A DNA stretch of 64,000 nucleotides from assembly GCA_963812605.1 (NCBI GenBank), contig CAWEWF010000014.1:448001-512000 (forward strand). The letters are read 5' to 3'. Position 1 is the first letter of the stretch, and each line of letters starts with the position of its first letter. A model generated the notes under the pieces. The model ran no database searches, was not told where the DNA came from, and saw nothing but the letters and a program-made list of their open reading frames with translations. The DNA comes from an uncultured Verrucomicrobiae bacterium (GTDB lineage: Bacteria; Verrucomicrobiota; Verrucomicrobiia; Palsa-1439). Positions 29,699 through 38,911 of the stretch are shown in pieces. The position numbers and the translations under genes are program-made.

Positions 29699-32230
29699 AT
29701 GAGTATTTGGAAAGTCGCCCTTCTATCCGCAGTGATCCTGACCGCCCTGTGGTTTTTGGCGCCATCCCGTTCCGCAAAGGCCCCGGAGGCCGGCGTCACC
29801 GAAATCAGTTTCGTGGCCCGGGGAGGCGGACCTGTCGCCGATGCGCTCGATGACGCCATCCGCGTGTTTGAGGAGGAAAGCGATCAGGCTCATGCGAAAG
29901 ATCCTTCCCAGCCCCGTTACCGTCTCGTCAGCGGCCAAAGCGCCTCGCGCGGTCAAACCGAGGACCCGACCCGCTTCCTCGTCAGTGTGGCCGGAGGAAT
30001 GCCGCCCGACGTGATTGTCTTCGATCGTTACGCGGTGACGGAATGGGCCACCCGTGGCGCCTTCTATCCACTGGACGAATTCGTCGCGAAGGATCGCGCC
30101 AGCGGACGACCGGACGCGGTTCACGCCGAGGATTTTTACGACTCGTGCTGGGACGAGGTGCTCTACCGCAATCCGCTTACAGGCCAGCAGGGCCTGTACG
30201 GCATTCCCGAAAAGGTGGACAACCGCGCGCTGTTCTACAACAAAGACCTGCTCAAGCGCGCGGGGTTCGTCGATGAAAAAGGGGAGGCGCGTCCGCCGAA
30301 AACGTGGGAAGAGATGGAGGAAATGGCGGTCAAACTCACCGAGCACGACGCGCAGGGCCACATCACGCGCCTGGGTTTCGCGCCAAACTACGGGAATTCC
30401 TGGCTCTACATCTACGCCTGGATGAACGGCGGGCGGTTTATGAGCCCCGACGGCAAAGTCTGCACGTTGAACGATCCGAAAATCGTCGAGGCGCTCACCT
30501 GGATGACGAAGCTCGACGACAGCCTGGGCGGCGCGGAAAAAGTGAACGCCTTTCAATCGACGTTCCAGACCGGCGACCTCGATCCCTTTATCACGGGCAA
30601 GGTCGCCATGAAAATCGATGGCTTTTGGCAGATCACCGACAACGTTGCCCAGTTCGGGCGCAACCTGAATTACGGCATGGCCCGCCCGCCCATCCCGGCC
30701 CGCCAACTCGCCGCGGGCAGCAAAGTTTGTTCGTGGGTCAGCGGCTGGTGCTATTCGATCCCGTCGACCGCGAAAAACAAAGCAGCCGGGTGGGAACTCA
30801 TTCGTTTTCTCGTGAGCCCCCGGGCCCAGGAAATCATGGCGGAAAGCCAGCGACTGTCGATGGCCAGCCAGGGCCGCGTCTTCGTGCCGACACAAAATGC
30901 CAACAAAAAGATCAACGCCTGGCTTTTCGACAAATACATCGTACATGAACCGGGAATGGATCCCAAGGTCGCCGCGGCAGTGCAGGTGTTTAACGATTTG
31001 TTGGAAGGTCAGCCGTACCGACCGGTTACACCCGTGGGCCAGTTGCTTTGGAACCAACAGCGGGACCGCACTGAGGATGCGTTGTACCACAAGCTGACCC
31101 CGCAGCAAGCGCTGGACTATGGCACGCGCACCGTCCAGCACGAGCTTGATCTGGTTCTCAGTCCGCCTCGCGGTGTCCCCATCAATTGGAATATCTTCTT
31201 TGCCTTGTACGCCGCACTCCTGATCGGCGCGGCGGTGGGTATCTATTACTGGGATACAAAAGCGAACCTGCGTCGGCGCGTTGGGAATGCCCTGCGCGCG
31301 GTGGGCGGGGGTACGCTGGCCAAGCGCGGCGGCGACGTCGAAGGTTTACAAAGCGCTTATTTTCGTTCGCAGTGGAAGGGCGGCTGGCTCTGCGCGTTGC
31401 CGTGGATTTTCGGTTTCATCGTCTTCACCGGCGGGCCGATTTTGTTTTCGATCGTCATCAGTTTTTGTGATTACGATATTTTGCACCCGGCGCGGCTCAT
31501 TGGCCTGAATAATTACGGCTGGCTGCTCACGAAAGATCCGCTGTTTTGGAAATCCGCGTGGAACACCCTCTACATGATGATGGGAATTCCGCTGGGGATG
31601 GCGCTGGGCCTCGGGATCGCGCTGTTGCTCAACCTGAAAGTGCGCGGCGTGGCCGTGTGGCGGACGTTTTTCTATCTGCCATCGATCGTGCCGCTGGTGG
31701 CCTCGAGCATTTTGTGGATTTGGATTTTCAATCCGAACGGCGGCCTGCTGAACAACGCGCTGGCTTCCATCGGCATTCATGGCCCGAACTGGTTGCAGGA
31801 TGAAAGCACCAGCAAACCCGCGCTGATTCTGATGGGCTTGTGGGGCGCGGGCGGGGGCATGATCATCTGGCTCGCGGGACTGAAAAGCATCAGTGAAAGT
31901 TACTACGAAGCCGCGTCGCTCGATGGGGCCGGAACCTGGCAGCAGTTTGTCCACATCACGCTGCCGCTGTTGTCCCCCTACATTTTCTTCAACCTCATCA
32001 TGGGCATGATCGGCACGATCCAGATTTTCATCCAAGCCTTCATCATGACCCAGGGCGGACCCGTGAACTCGACGCTGTACTACGCCTACCAGTTGTTCAA
32101 TTGCGCGTTTCGCTACCTCCAAATGGGCTACGCCGCCGCGATGGCCTGGGTGCTGTTCCTGATCGTGTTCGGGTTGACGGTCATTCAACTCAAACTCCAG
32201 GACCGCTGGGTCTATTACGAGGAAGGATGA
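29699..32230 (+). CDS. Carbohydrate ABC transporter: extracellular solute-binding protein fused to a permease
   Basis: SBP motifs (GGMPPDV, LFYNKDL, PPKTWEEM) then TM domain with YYEAASLDGA (EAA loop), TQGGP, MGYAAAMAW. Confidence 0.9.
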   Translation: MSIWKVALLSAVILTALWFLAPSRSAKAPEAGVTEISFVARGGGPVADALDDAIRVFEEESDQAHAKDPSQPRYRLVSGQSASRGQTEDPTRFLVSVAGGMPPDVIVFDRYAVTEWATRGAFYPLDEFVAKDRASGRPDAVHAEDFYDSCWDEVLYRNPLTGQQGLYGIPEKVDNRALFYNKDLLKRAGFVDEKGEARPPKTWEEMEEMAVKLTEHDAQGHITRLGFAPNYGNSWLYIYAWMNGGRFMSPDGKVCTLNDPKIVEALTWMTKLDDSLGGAEKVNAFQSTFQTGDLDPFITGKVAMKIDGFWQITDNVAQFGRNLNYGMARPPIPARQLAAGSKVCSWVSGWCYSIPSTAKNKAAGWELIRFLVSPRAQEIMAESQRLSMASQGRVFVPTQNANKKINAWLFDKYIVHEPGMDPKVAAAVQVFNDLLEGQPYRPVTPVGQLLWNQQRDRTEDALYHKLTPQQALDYGTRTVQHELDLVLSPPRGVPINWNIFFALYAALLIGAAVGIYYWDTKANLRRRVGNALRAVGGGTLAKRGGDVEGLQSAYFRSQWKGGWLCALPWIFGFIVFTGGPILFSIVISFCDYDILHPARLIGLNNYGWLLTKDPLFWKSAWNTLYMMMGIPLGMALGLGIALLLNLKVRGVAVWRTFFYLPSIVPLVASSILWIWIFNPNGGLLNNALASIGIHGPNWLQDESTSKPALILMGLWGAGGGMIIWLAGLKSISESYYEAASLDGAGTWQQFVHITLPLLSPYIFFNLIMGMIGTIQIFIQAFIMTQGGPVNSTLYYAYQLFNCAFRYLQMGYAAAMAWVLFLIVFGLTVIQLKLQDRWVYYEEG

Positions 32231-33907
32231 ACGAGCCGACCGTCCAACCGCGTAGCGCTGGTTTTTACCGCTTCGTCGAGTTTTGCCGGGGCGTCTGGAT
32301 CTATGCGCTCTTGATCGTTGGTTCCCTGGTCTTCGCCTGGCCGCTTCTGTGGATGGCGACCACATCGATCAAAGTGGACCGGGAAATGTTCGTTCAGAAA
32401 ATGACCCTCTGGCCGCAACGCCCGATCCCCCAGGTCAAGTCGCCGTACATCGACACGCGCTACTATGATGATTTGACGGGCAAACATCTGGACCAGCTTT
32501 TGCCAGTGTTGGAAGCGCACGTGGAAAAGATGGACTATGCCTGGCCGACCGGAGATCGATCGCGCCGCCGCCATCAAACAGGCTGCGCGCGGGGCTTTCC
32601 AGACGTTGCAGAACACGATGCCCGTGACGATCTGGGACTCCAGTTCGCTCATTGCCGAGGCGACGCAACGCGTCGATGTGGCGATGGTGAACGATGTTCT
32701 GGGCCAGATCCGCCGCGCGCTCCTGATTGGCCAGTTGCGCGCCCGCTCGTACGATTTGCAGGAGGACCAGCTCGTCGCCGCCGACAAAGTCTCCACGGAT
32801 TGGCAGGTCGGTGGCACCGCCGAGGCGAAGCTCGTCCAAGTGGATGACAAAAGCGAGCCGCACGCCGAGTTGCGCTACGACTTCACGCGCGGCGATACGG
32901 TGCTGCTCTCGCAAACCTTCCAGACGAGTTTCCCCATCGCCCGTCTTTATCGCCTGCAACTTTATCTCCGCAATGACGACACGTGGCATCCCCTGACCAT
33001 GTACATCGAGAAGCTTGGCAAGAAGTACCGGGCTGAGCGGACGTACGATCTGGCCGACTTTACCAGTTGGAGCATCGGTACCTGGCAGGAGCCCGGCCCG
33101 GATGACAGAACGAACAAGGTTCGGTCATGGAGACTTTTGCGGGAAATCGGCCCGAGCCCGGTGAGCGGTCCCAACGAGATCAAGGTCACGATAGAAATTG
33201 ACCGCAACACCCAGGCCGGCGCGTGGTGGACCAAGATGCTCCGCAACTACCGCCTGGCACTGGAGCATCTGCCATTTTGGCGTTATATGGCGACGAGCTT
33301 GTTCATTGTGATCCTGAACGTGGTCGGCACATTGCTGAGTTCCTCGCTGGTGGCGTACAGCTTCGCGCGATTACAATGGCCGGGACGTAACTTCTGTTTC
33401 GCACTCATGCTGGGGACGATGATGGTGCCGCAACAGGTAACGATGATCCCGCTCTTTCTCATCGTCCGCGCGCTGGGTTGGTACAACACGCTGTATCCGT
33501 TGTGGGTCATCAGTTTTTTTGCGGGCGCGTTCAATGTCTTCCTGCTTCGTCAATTCCTGAAAGGCATCCCGCGTGACCTGGAAGACGCGTCCAAAATCGA
33601 CGGCTGCGGCTTCTGGCGCGTGTACTGGCACATCATGCTGCCGCTGGTGAAGCCGACGCTCGCGGCGATCGCGATTTTCACGTTCATGGCCAGCTGGAAC
33701 GAATTCATGAGCCCGCTGATTTATCTGCAGGACCAGCGCCTCTATCCGCTCGCGCTGGGCCTGTACGCCTTCAATGTGGAAACGAGCGTAACCACCAGCA
33801 TGCTCATGGCCGGTGCGTTGCTCATGATCACCCCCGTCATCATCATCTTCTTTTTCGCCCAGAAATACTTCATCCAGGGCGTCACCATGACCGGGATGAA
33901 GGGGTAG
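32227..33907 (+). CDS. Carbohydrate ABC permease with large inserted periplasmic domain; frameshift near 32548
   Basis: FAWPLLWMATTSIK; AYSFARLQWPGR, LEDASKIDG, SWNEF, FFFAQKYFIQG; ATGA overlap with upstream gene. Confidence 0.87.
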
Positions 33908-33930
33908 GGGTGCGATGTGTTCGCTGCCAA

Positions 33931-34105
33931 ATTGTAAGGCAGGCATCCTGCCTGCCGTCGTTTCGCCCTCGTTCGGCGCAGGTCTCCCGACCGCGCCGCT
34001 CCGTTGTCCGGGATTGTAGGGCTGGATGCCCGAGTCCGACGAGGGTATCCAGCCGTCCTTATCTGCGTAGACCATTTCTGGCAGGCGCAGAGGCTTGTCC
34101 CAACT
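33931..34105. repeat. Cluster of REP-like palindromes
   Basis: TTGTAAGGCAGGCATCCTGCCTGCC, CGGCGCAGGTCTCCCGACCGCGCCG, TTGTAGGGCTGGATGCCC...GGGTATCCAGCC. Confidence 0.65.
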
Positions 34106-34121
34106 TTTACAACATGCGTTC

Positions 34122-34161
34122 TTGACATTTAAGCCAGCTAAGTTCATCTTAAGATGAACTT
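34122..34161 (+). promoter_or_regulatory. Toxin-antitoxin promoter with perfect 22-bp palindromic operator
   Basis: TTGACA 34122-34127; AAGTTCATCTTAAGATGAACTT 34140-34161, just upstream of the antitoxin ATG. Confidence 0.8.
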
Positions 34162-34173
34162 GAGAGATCGACC

Positions 34174-34422
34174 ATGAGCATACTGATCAATGCGAAGGAA
34201 TTGCGGCGGCTGCTGCCGGATGTTGTGAGCCGCGTGAAAAAGGGCGCGCGGTTCACGGTGCTGTATCGGAGCCGGCCCGCGTTTGAGATTGTTCCCGTGG
34301 ACGCGGCGTCGATTCCGCAAGACAAGCTCGATGAGGATTCGCTGTACCGGGCGCCAGCTGTGGGCAAATCGCGGGATGGGCTGAGCGCTCGCGACCACGA
34401 CGCCGTGTTATACGGCAAATGA
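34174..34422 (+). CDS. Phd/YefM-family antitoxin
   Basis: INAKELRRLLPDVVSRVKKGARFTVLYRSRPAFEIVP; ATGA-coupled to a PIN toxin. Confidence 0.85.
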   Translation: MSILINAKELRRLLPDVVSRVKKGARFTVLYRSRPAFEIVPVDAASIPQDKLDEDSLYRAPAVGKSRDGLSARDHDAVLYGK

Positions 34423-34826
34423 AACGTCTGTTCGTCGATACGGCGGGTTGGATGGCCTGCGCGGATGCGGCCGATCCGTCTCACACCCGGGCGAGCGCCG
34501 CGCGTGACCGCTGGTTGGAACAGAAGGGCGTGTTGGTGACGACGGACTACGTTATCGACGAGACGCTGACCCTGATCCGATTTCGGCTGGGATTATCCGC
34601 GGCGGAGGCATGGTGGAAACAGATCGAAGGGAGCACGCGGCTGCAATGGGAGCCGATCACACCCGAACGCGCGGAGAAGGCGCGGCACTTGTTCTTTCGC
34701 TACGCGGACAAGGAGTTTTCCTTCACTGACTGCACGAGTTTCGCGGCCATGCAGCAACTGAAACTGAAGCACGCGCTGACCACCGATCGCCATTTCAAGC
34801 AGATGGGATTTCAGACGGTGCCCTGA
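34419..34826 (+). CDS. vapC: VapC PIN-domain toxin
   Basis: FVDTAGW, TTDYVIDET, FSFTDCTSF, LTTDRHFKQMGF. Confidence 0.92.
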   Translation: MKRLFVDTAGWMACADAADPSHTRASAARDRWLEQKGVLVTTDYVIDETLTLIRFRLGLSAAEAWWKQIEGSTRLQWEPITPERAEKARHLFFRYADKEFSFTDCTSFAAMQQLKLKHALTTDRHFKQMGFQTVP

Positions 34827-34976
34827 GCGGCACTTCGCCGCCGTCTTTTCAGGCCGCCCCCCGTAGTCAGCAAACCGGTCTCGGAGCCGAGAAAAGGCTT
34901 GATAGCACTGTGAGCGAGGATACTTTATCGGTCAAAGAGATTGAATGGCCGCGATGGTCGCGGGGCACGAAGTCAT

Positions 34977-35126
34977 ATGGAAATGTCAGCGAATAACGAC
35001 CCGCAATACATCCTGAACCTGCTCAAAAGCGTCATCACCGCCAGCCTCGAAACCATGAAGATCGGCAAGGCCTTACCGACTATCAAAGAGCGAAACGAGC
35101 TGGTCAAGGAAAGCGCCACCAAATGA
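34977..35126 (+). pseudogene. 3' remnant of a type ISP restriction-modification enzyme
   Basis: NDPQYILNLLKSVITASLETMKIGKALP resembles the extreme C-terminus of LlaGI/LlaBIII-like enzymes as I recall it (DPxYIxxLxxxVITVSxETMKIVxxLP). Confidence 0.65.
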
Positions 35127-36286
35127 GCGCCCCAACCGTCCCCGCAAAACAGTGGTTGTTGGGTTACATCTTGCACAACCTGACCTGCAAAAAGCCATTT
35201 GATTCTGAGTACATGGCCATCGCACCACATTCCGATCCGCGTGTTCAGCAGATTGTCGCAACGAGTCAGCTCAGGCGGTGTCTGGTCGAGAATTTCACCG
35301 ACCAGTTGGGAAGTCAGAGGCACCCCAGCGTGTTGGTTGTTCGAGAGGATGCGCCGGAAACAGTCCGGCATATTGATGCGGTTGTGAGCTTCCGCAATCT
35401 CTTTGCTATTTCCTGCGTGATCTTCGGACAGCAACAGAGCATCCGTGGCCCGAACGTTCGCGGAACGCTCTACAGTGACTATTTCGACTTCTACCCAATT
35501 ATGATCACTCCAGATGGGACAGGAGTTTGGACAATGTCGCCGGCCTTGAATGATTTCGATTACCCAAAGGAAATTCATGGCAAAACTTCTCCCAGTCTAC
35601 CACGCACTGAATGCCTCGGTGTAGAACCGGACGAGATGTTGGTTAATCGGTTGATCGAGGCGTGGAGCGATCTTTACATTGGCACGAGACGCTTTGAACG
35701 TGAAGCAACCGTTTTATTTCGCTCGTTGCAAGTCGCCTACCACGCTGCTGCCATGCCGGTAAGCAACCTGCCAAGCATTCATGATTATGGCGTCAGAATC
35801 GGCTTGTGGATCAGTGCGTTCGAGATTCTGGCTCATCCAGCCGTGGATGGAATTAAAAACAAAGTGAACTTCGACAAAGTGAAGGAGTTATTGGGAAAAC
35901 AGACTTGGTCAAAGGCGGAGCTGCGAGACTGTAAGCACGACGTGCATTATGACAGCAAATGCCACAAAGTGAATTTAGTCGTGAAAATTTATCGAGATTT
36001 ATACGAAGCGCGGAACAAATTTATGCATGGGAATCCGGTTTCGCCAGAAAATCTGTTCCCGTTTAAGAACAACAAGCGACCGCCGTTGACCCATCTAGCG
36101 CCTCTGATCTACAAAACAGCCTTACTCGGATTCCTTGACAGATTTCAATTTCGGCCCAAGGAATCAGCACCTGATCTTAATGCGATGAAGCTTTCTAATC
36201 TGGCAATCGATAGGGCAGTTGCCTGCATCTTGAAGAAGGAAGCCTTCGAGAATGCGATTCTCGAGGCGATACATGACCGGGAGTGA
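35123..36286 (+). CDS. ApeA-like HEPN-domain protein (putative RNase)
   Basis: LWISAFEILA followed by DLYEARNKFMHG (RxxxxH); AT-richer than flanks. Confidence 0.7.
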   Translation: MSAPTVPAKQWLLGYILHNLTCKKPFDSEYMAIAPHSDPRVQQIVATSQLRRCLVENFTDQLGSQRHPSVLVVREDAPETVRHIDAVVSFRNLFAISCVIFGQQQSIRGPNVRGTLYSDYFDFYPIMITPDGTGVWTMSPALNDFDYPKEIHGKTSPSLPRTECLGVEPDEMLVNRLIEAWSDLYIGTRRFEREATVLFRSLQVAYHAAAMPVSNLPSIHDYGVRIGLWISAFEILAHPAVDGIKNKVNFDKVKELLGKQTWSKAELRDCKHDVHYDSKCHKVNLVVKIYRDLYEARNKFMHGNPVSPENLFPFKNNKRPPLTHLAPLIYKTALLGFLDRFQFRPKESAPDLNAMKLSNLAIDRAVACILKKEAFENAILEAIHDRE

Positions 36287-36332
36287 CACGTCAAACTGGC
36301 GCGCGTGGCGGCCAGATCAAAGGAACATCTAA

Positions 36333-37400
36333 ATGGACATCTCGTTCAACTGCGACAAGTGCGGGCAGCATATCGTGATTGATGAGGCGGGGGCTGGAAT
36401 GACCGCACAGTGTCCAAAGTGCCAAGCCGAGTTAGTAGTTCCACTGGTCACAACCGCCCCCGTTGAAACCAACGCCACCACCAATACTCCTTCGGTTATC
36501 CCCAACACGGGCGCGGTTAGAGCCCCGCGAAACTCTCAAGGTATTGACGGTATTCTTGCGCGAGCAGACAAGCTCACGTTGCACGATGCGGTCATGCAGG
36601 ATGACAGGCTCATGGTCGCATTACTGATCACTAAAGGTGCAGACGTTAATGCGAAGGATGACAAGGGAATGACCCCTCTTGACCTTGCGTTAGCTCATGA
36701 CAAGAAAGGTATCGCTGAATTGCTGGTGGTCAAAGGTGCTGAAAGCACATCAGCGGCTGACCGGTTGAATGACAAGATGATTGACGCGATGATCCTCTGT
36801 GACAAGGCGGCGGTTGAAAAGCTACTTGCCGAAGGCGCTGATCTGAATGATGCACTGAATACGGCGTTACTTGTCGAGAACAGCGATATGGCGAGGCTAC
36901 TGGTTGCACTGGGTGCCGTACCAATATCAATAGACTCAGAATCATTTCATAGTATTCCGTTGCATGATGCGGTGTTTCGTGACGACATGGCTACCGTTGA
37001 AAAGCTAATTGCCGAAGGTGCTGACGTTAACAAGAGGAATGAATTAAAACCAGGCATGACTGCCCTAGACTGGGCGCTGATTTTCGACAAAGGAGAGATC
37101 GCCAAGCTGCTGATTGAGAAGGGTGCAGCGAAGGCAGAGTGGTTGGAGGCGCAAGAAGTCGGTTCGGATGGAGCCGATGAACAAGGCGAAAGTGAGAACC
37201 GCACAGATCGCTACATTCCAGATGATGTCAAGGATGCCGTATGGCGCAGGGATGAGGGCAGATGCGTCAAGTGTAAATCAAATGAGAAACTCGAATTTGA
37301 TCATATCATCCCGGTCTCCAAAGGTGGATCCAACACCAAGCGGAACGTTCAACTCCTGTGCGAGAAATGCAACCGTGAGAAGAGGGCGGAAATTGCGTAA
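36333..37400 (+). CDS. Zn-ribbon + ankyrin repeats + HNH endonuclease
   Basis: CDKC...CPKC; LHDAV...GADVNAKDDKGMTPLDLA repeats; VWRRDEGRCVKC...EFDHIIPVSKGGSNTKRNVQLLCEKCN. Confidence 0.88.
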   Translation: MDISFNCDKCGQHIVIDEAGAGMTAQCPKCQAELVVPLVTTAPVETNATTNTPSVIPNTGAVRAPRNSQGIDGILARADKLTLHDAVMQDDRLMVALLITKGADVNAKDDKGMTPLDLALAHDKKGIAELLVVKGAESTSAADRLNDKMIDAMILCDKAAVEKLLAEGADLNDALNTALLVENSDMARLLVALGAVPISIDSESFHSIPLHDAVFRDDMATVEKLIAEGADVNKRNELKPGMTALDWALIFDKGEIAKLLIEKGAAKAEWLEAQEVGSDGADEQGESENRTDRYIPDDVKDAVWRRDEGRCVKCKSNEKLEFDHIIPVSKGGSNTKRNVQLLCEKCNREKRAEIA

Positions 37401-37448
37401 GTAACGGGTCAAGCATGTCTAGGTCACGCTCCGACCGCACGTTTGGCC

Positions 37449-38870
37449 TCACTCCTCGTTCCCGCCGTCGTAGCCGAAGAGTTTTTTGGATTTGATGAGT
37501 TCGGCAACGGCGGGGGGGACCATGGTTTCCCAGGCCGGGTCGCCGCTGCGAATGTCTTTCAACAAGTCGCTGTAATGGATCTTGAGGTAGTCGGTGTTGA
37601 TACCCCGCAGGTCTTCGATGAGATCGTTGATCAGTAAATACTCATGCAGAGGTTTCAGGTCGTCAGGGACGGGCATGTTTTCGAGGGTGACCAGTGTACC
37701 GGGCTCCGCGCCTTGACGCGGGTACACGTAAAGCTTTACCGGGCCGTTGTAGAGCCGGCCCAGGGCCGCCAGAACCCCGCCTGGCAGCGTCGCATAATAC
37801 CGCGGGTCGATTAATTCCTGCACCGTCGGCATTCCCACGGCGATACCGATGGGGCTGCTGGTGGTACGCCGCAGATAATCTACCAAATGGTAAAACTCCT
37901 GGTGGCTGGTGACCAGGACGGTGTGTCCGATAGCGCCCATGACATCCACGCGAGCGAGGAAGTCGATAGGCTGTACCTGCACGTTTTGGAGCAAGTTGCG
38001 CATGGTAATTTCCATCAGCACAACGGCATTCTGGTTTTCCGGCGAATCCGCGAAGAACTGGCGCTGGGAACATTTGAGCAGGTCCACATGCAGGTTGTTG
38101 ACCGGACGGAAAGTGCCGCGCTCAACCAGAACGGGTTTCTTGTAGAGTACCTCCGACGCCTGGACCACCTCGCCGTCGGTGGTGAACATCACCGCCTCCG
38201 TCAGCCCCTGCTCGACCAGTTGCAAGCTCATCAGCCGGTTATCGACCTTGGCGAAACCGGGTCCCGAAAACTTGATCATGTCCACTTCGATGCGATTCTT
38301 GCTGAGCTGGTCGAAGAGGGAAGTAATGAGCAGGCGGGGGTTCTCGTGCTGGAACAACGCCCCGTAGATGAGGTTCACGCCGATGACGCCGAGCGCTTCC
38401 TGCTCGCGCACGTTTTCTTCATCCAGCAAACGGACGTGAATCAGCACTTGTGACGCCTCGGCCCGCGGTTGCGCCTGGAACTTGATGCCAAGCCAACCAT
38501 TCGAATCATCGCGGTGCGTGAAGCTGCGGGCGGCGACGGTATCGGCAAAGACGAAAAAATTCGTTTTGTCGCCGCGGACCGAGTCCAGACGCTCCAGCAG
38601 CAGGTTGTACTCATAGTCGAGCATCTGCTGGAGTCGTTTCCGGCTTACATAACGCTCGGCGGGGCCGTAGATGGCGTCACTGACGGTCTTGTCATACGCC
38701 GAAATCGTCTTGGCGACAGTGCCGGCCGCGCCGCCGACGCGAAAGAACCAGCGACCGACCTCCTGGCCCGCGCCAATCTCGGCGAAGGTGCCGTATTTGG
38801 TGGCGTCCAGATTAATGTGGAGGGCTTTGTGGCCCGTTTCCGTTATCTCGTGATCGTCAATCCTTGGCAT
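37449..38870 (-). CDS. Conserved protein with nucleotidyltransferase-like C-terminal half (family often labelled nicotinate-nucleotide adenylyltransferase or, implausibly, TonB-dependent receptor)
   Basis: KALHINLD..YGTFAEIGAGQEV, AKTISAYD, VERGTFRPVNNLH, WETMVPPAVAELIK. Confidence 0.7.
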   Translation of the reverse strand: MPRIDDHEITETGHKALHINLDATKYGTFAEIGAGQEVGRWFFRVGGAAGTVAKTISAYDKTVSDAIYGPAERYVSRKRLQQMLDYEYNLLLERLDSVRGDKTNFFVFADTVAARSFTHRDDSNGWLGIKFQAQPRAEASQVLIHVRLLDEENVREQEALGVIGVNLIYGALFQHENPRLLITSLFDQLSKNRIEVDMIKFSGPGFAKVDNRLMSLQLVEQGLTEAVMFTTDGEVVQASEVLYKKPVLVERGTFRPVNNLHVDLLKCSQRQFFADSPENQNAVVLMEITMRNLLQNVQVQPIDFLARVDVMGAIGHTVLVTSHQEFYHLVDYLRRTTSSPIGIAVGMPTVQELIDPRYYATLPGGVLAALGRLYNGPVKLYVYPRQGAEPGTLVTLENMPVPDDLKPLHEYLLINDLIEDLRGINTDYLKIHYSDLLKDIRSGDPAWETMVPPAVAELIKSKKLFGYDGGNEE

Positions 38871-38911
38871 AGGTATTTCTCCACACTCCAGTTAAATTCC
38901 AGGACGCGTTC

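Noticed and set aside
37449-38870. TonB-dependent receptor label often attached to this family
   Set aside because: No signal peptide, plug or beta-barrel pattern, and too short.
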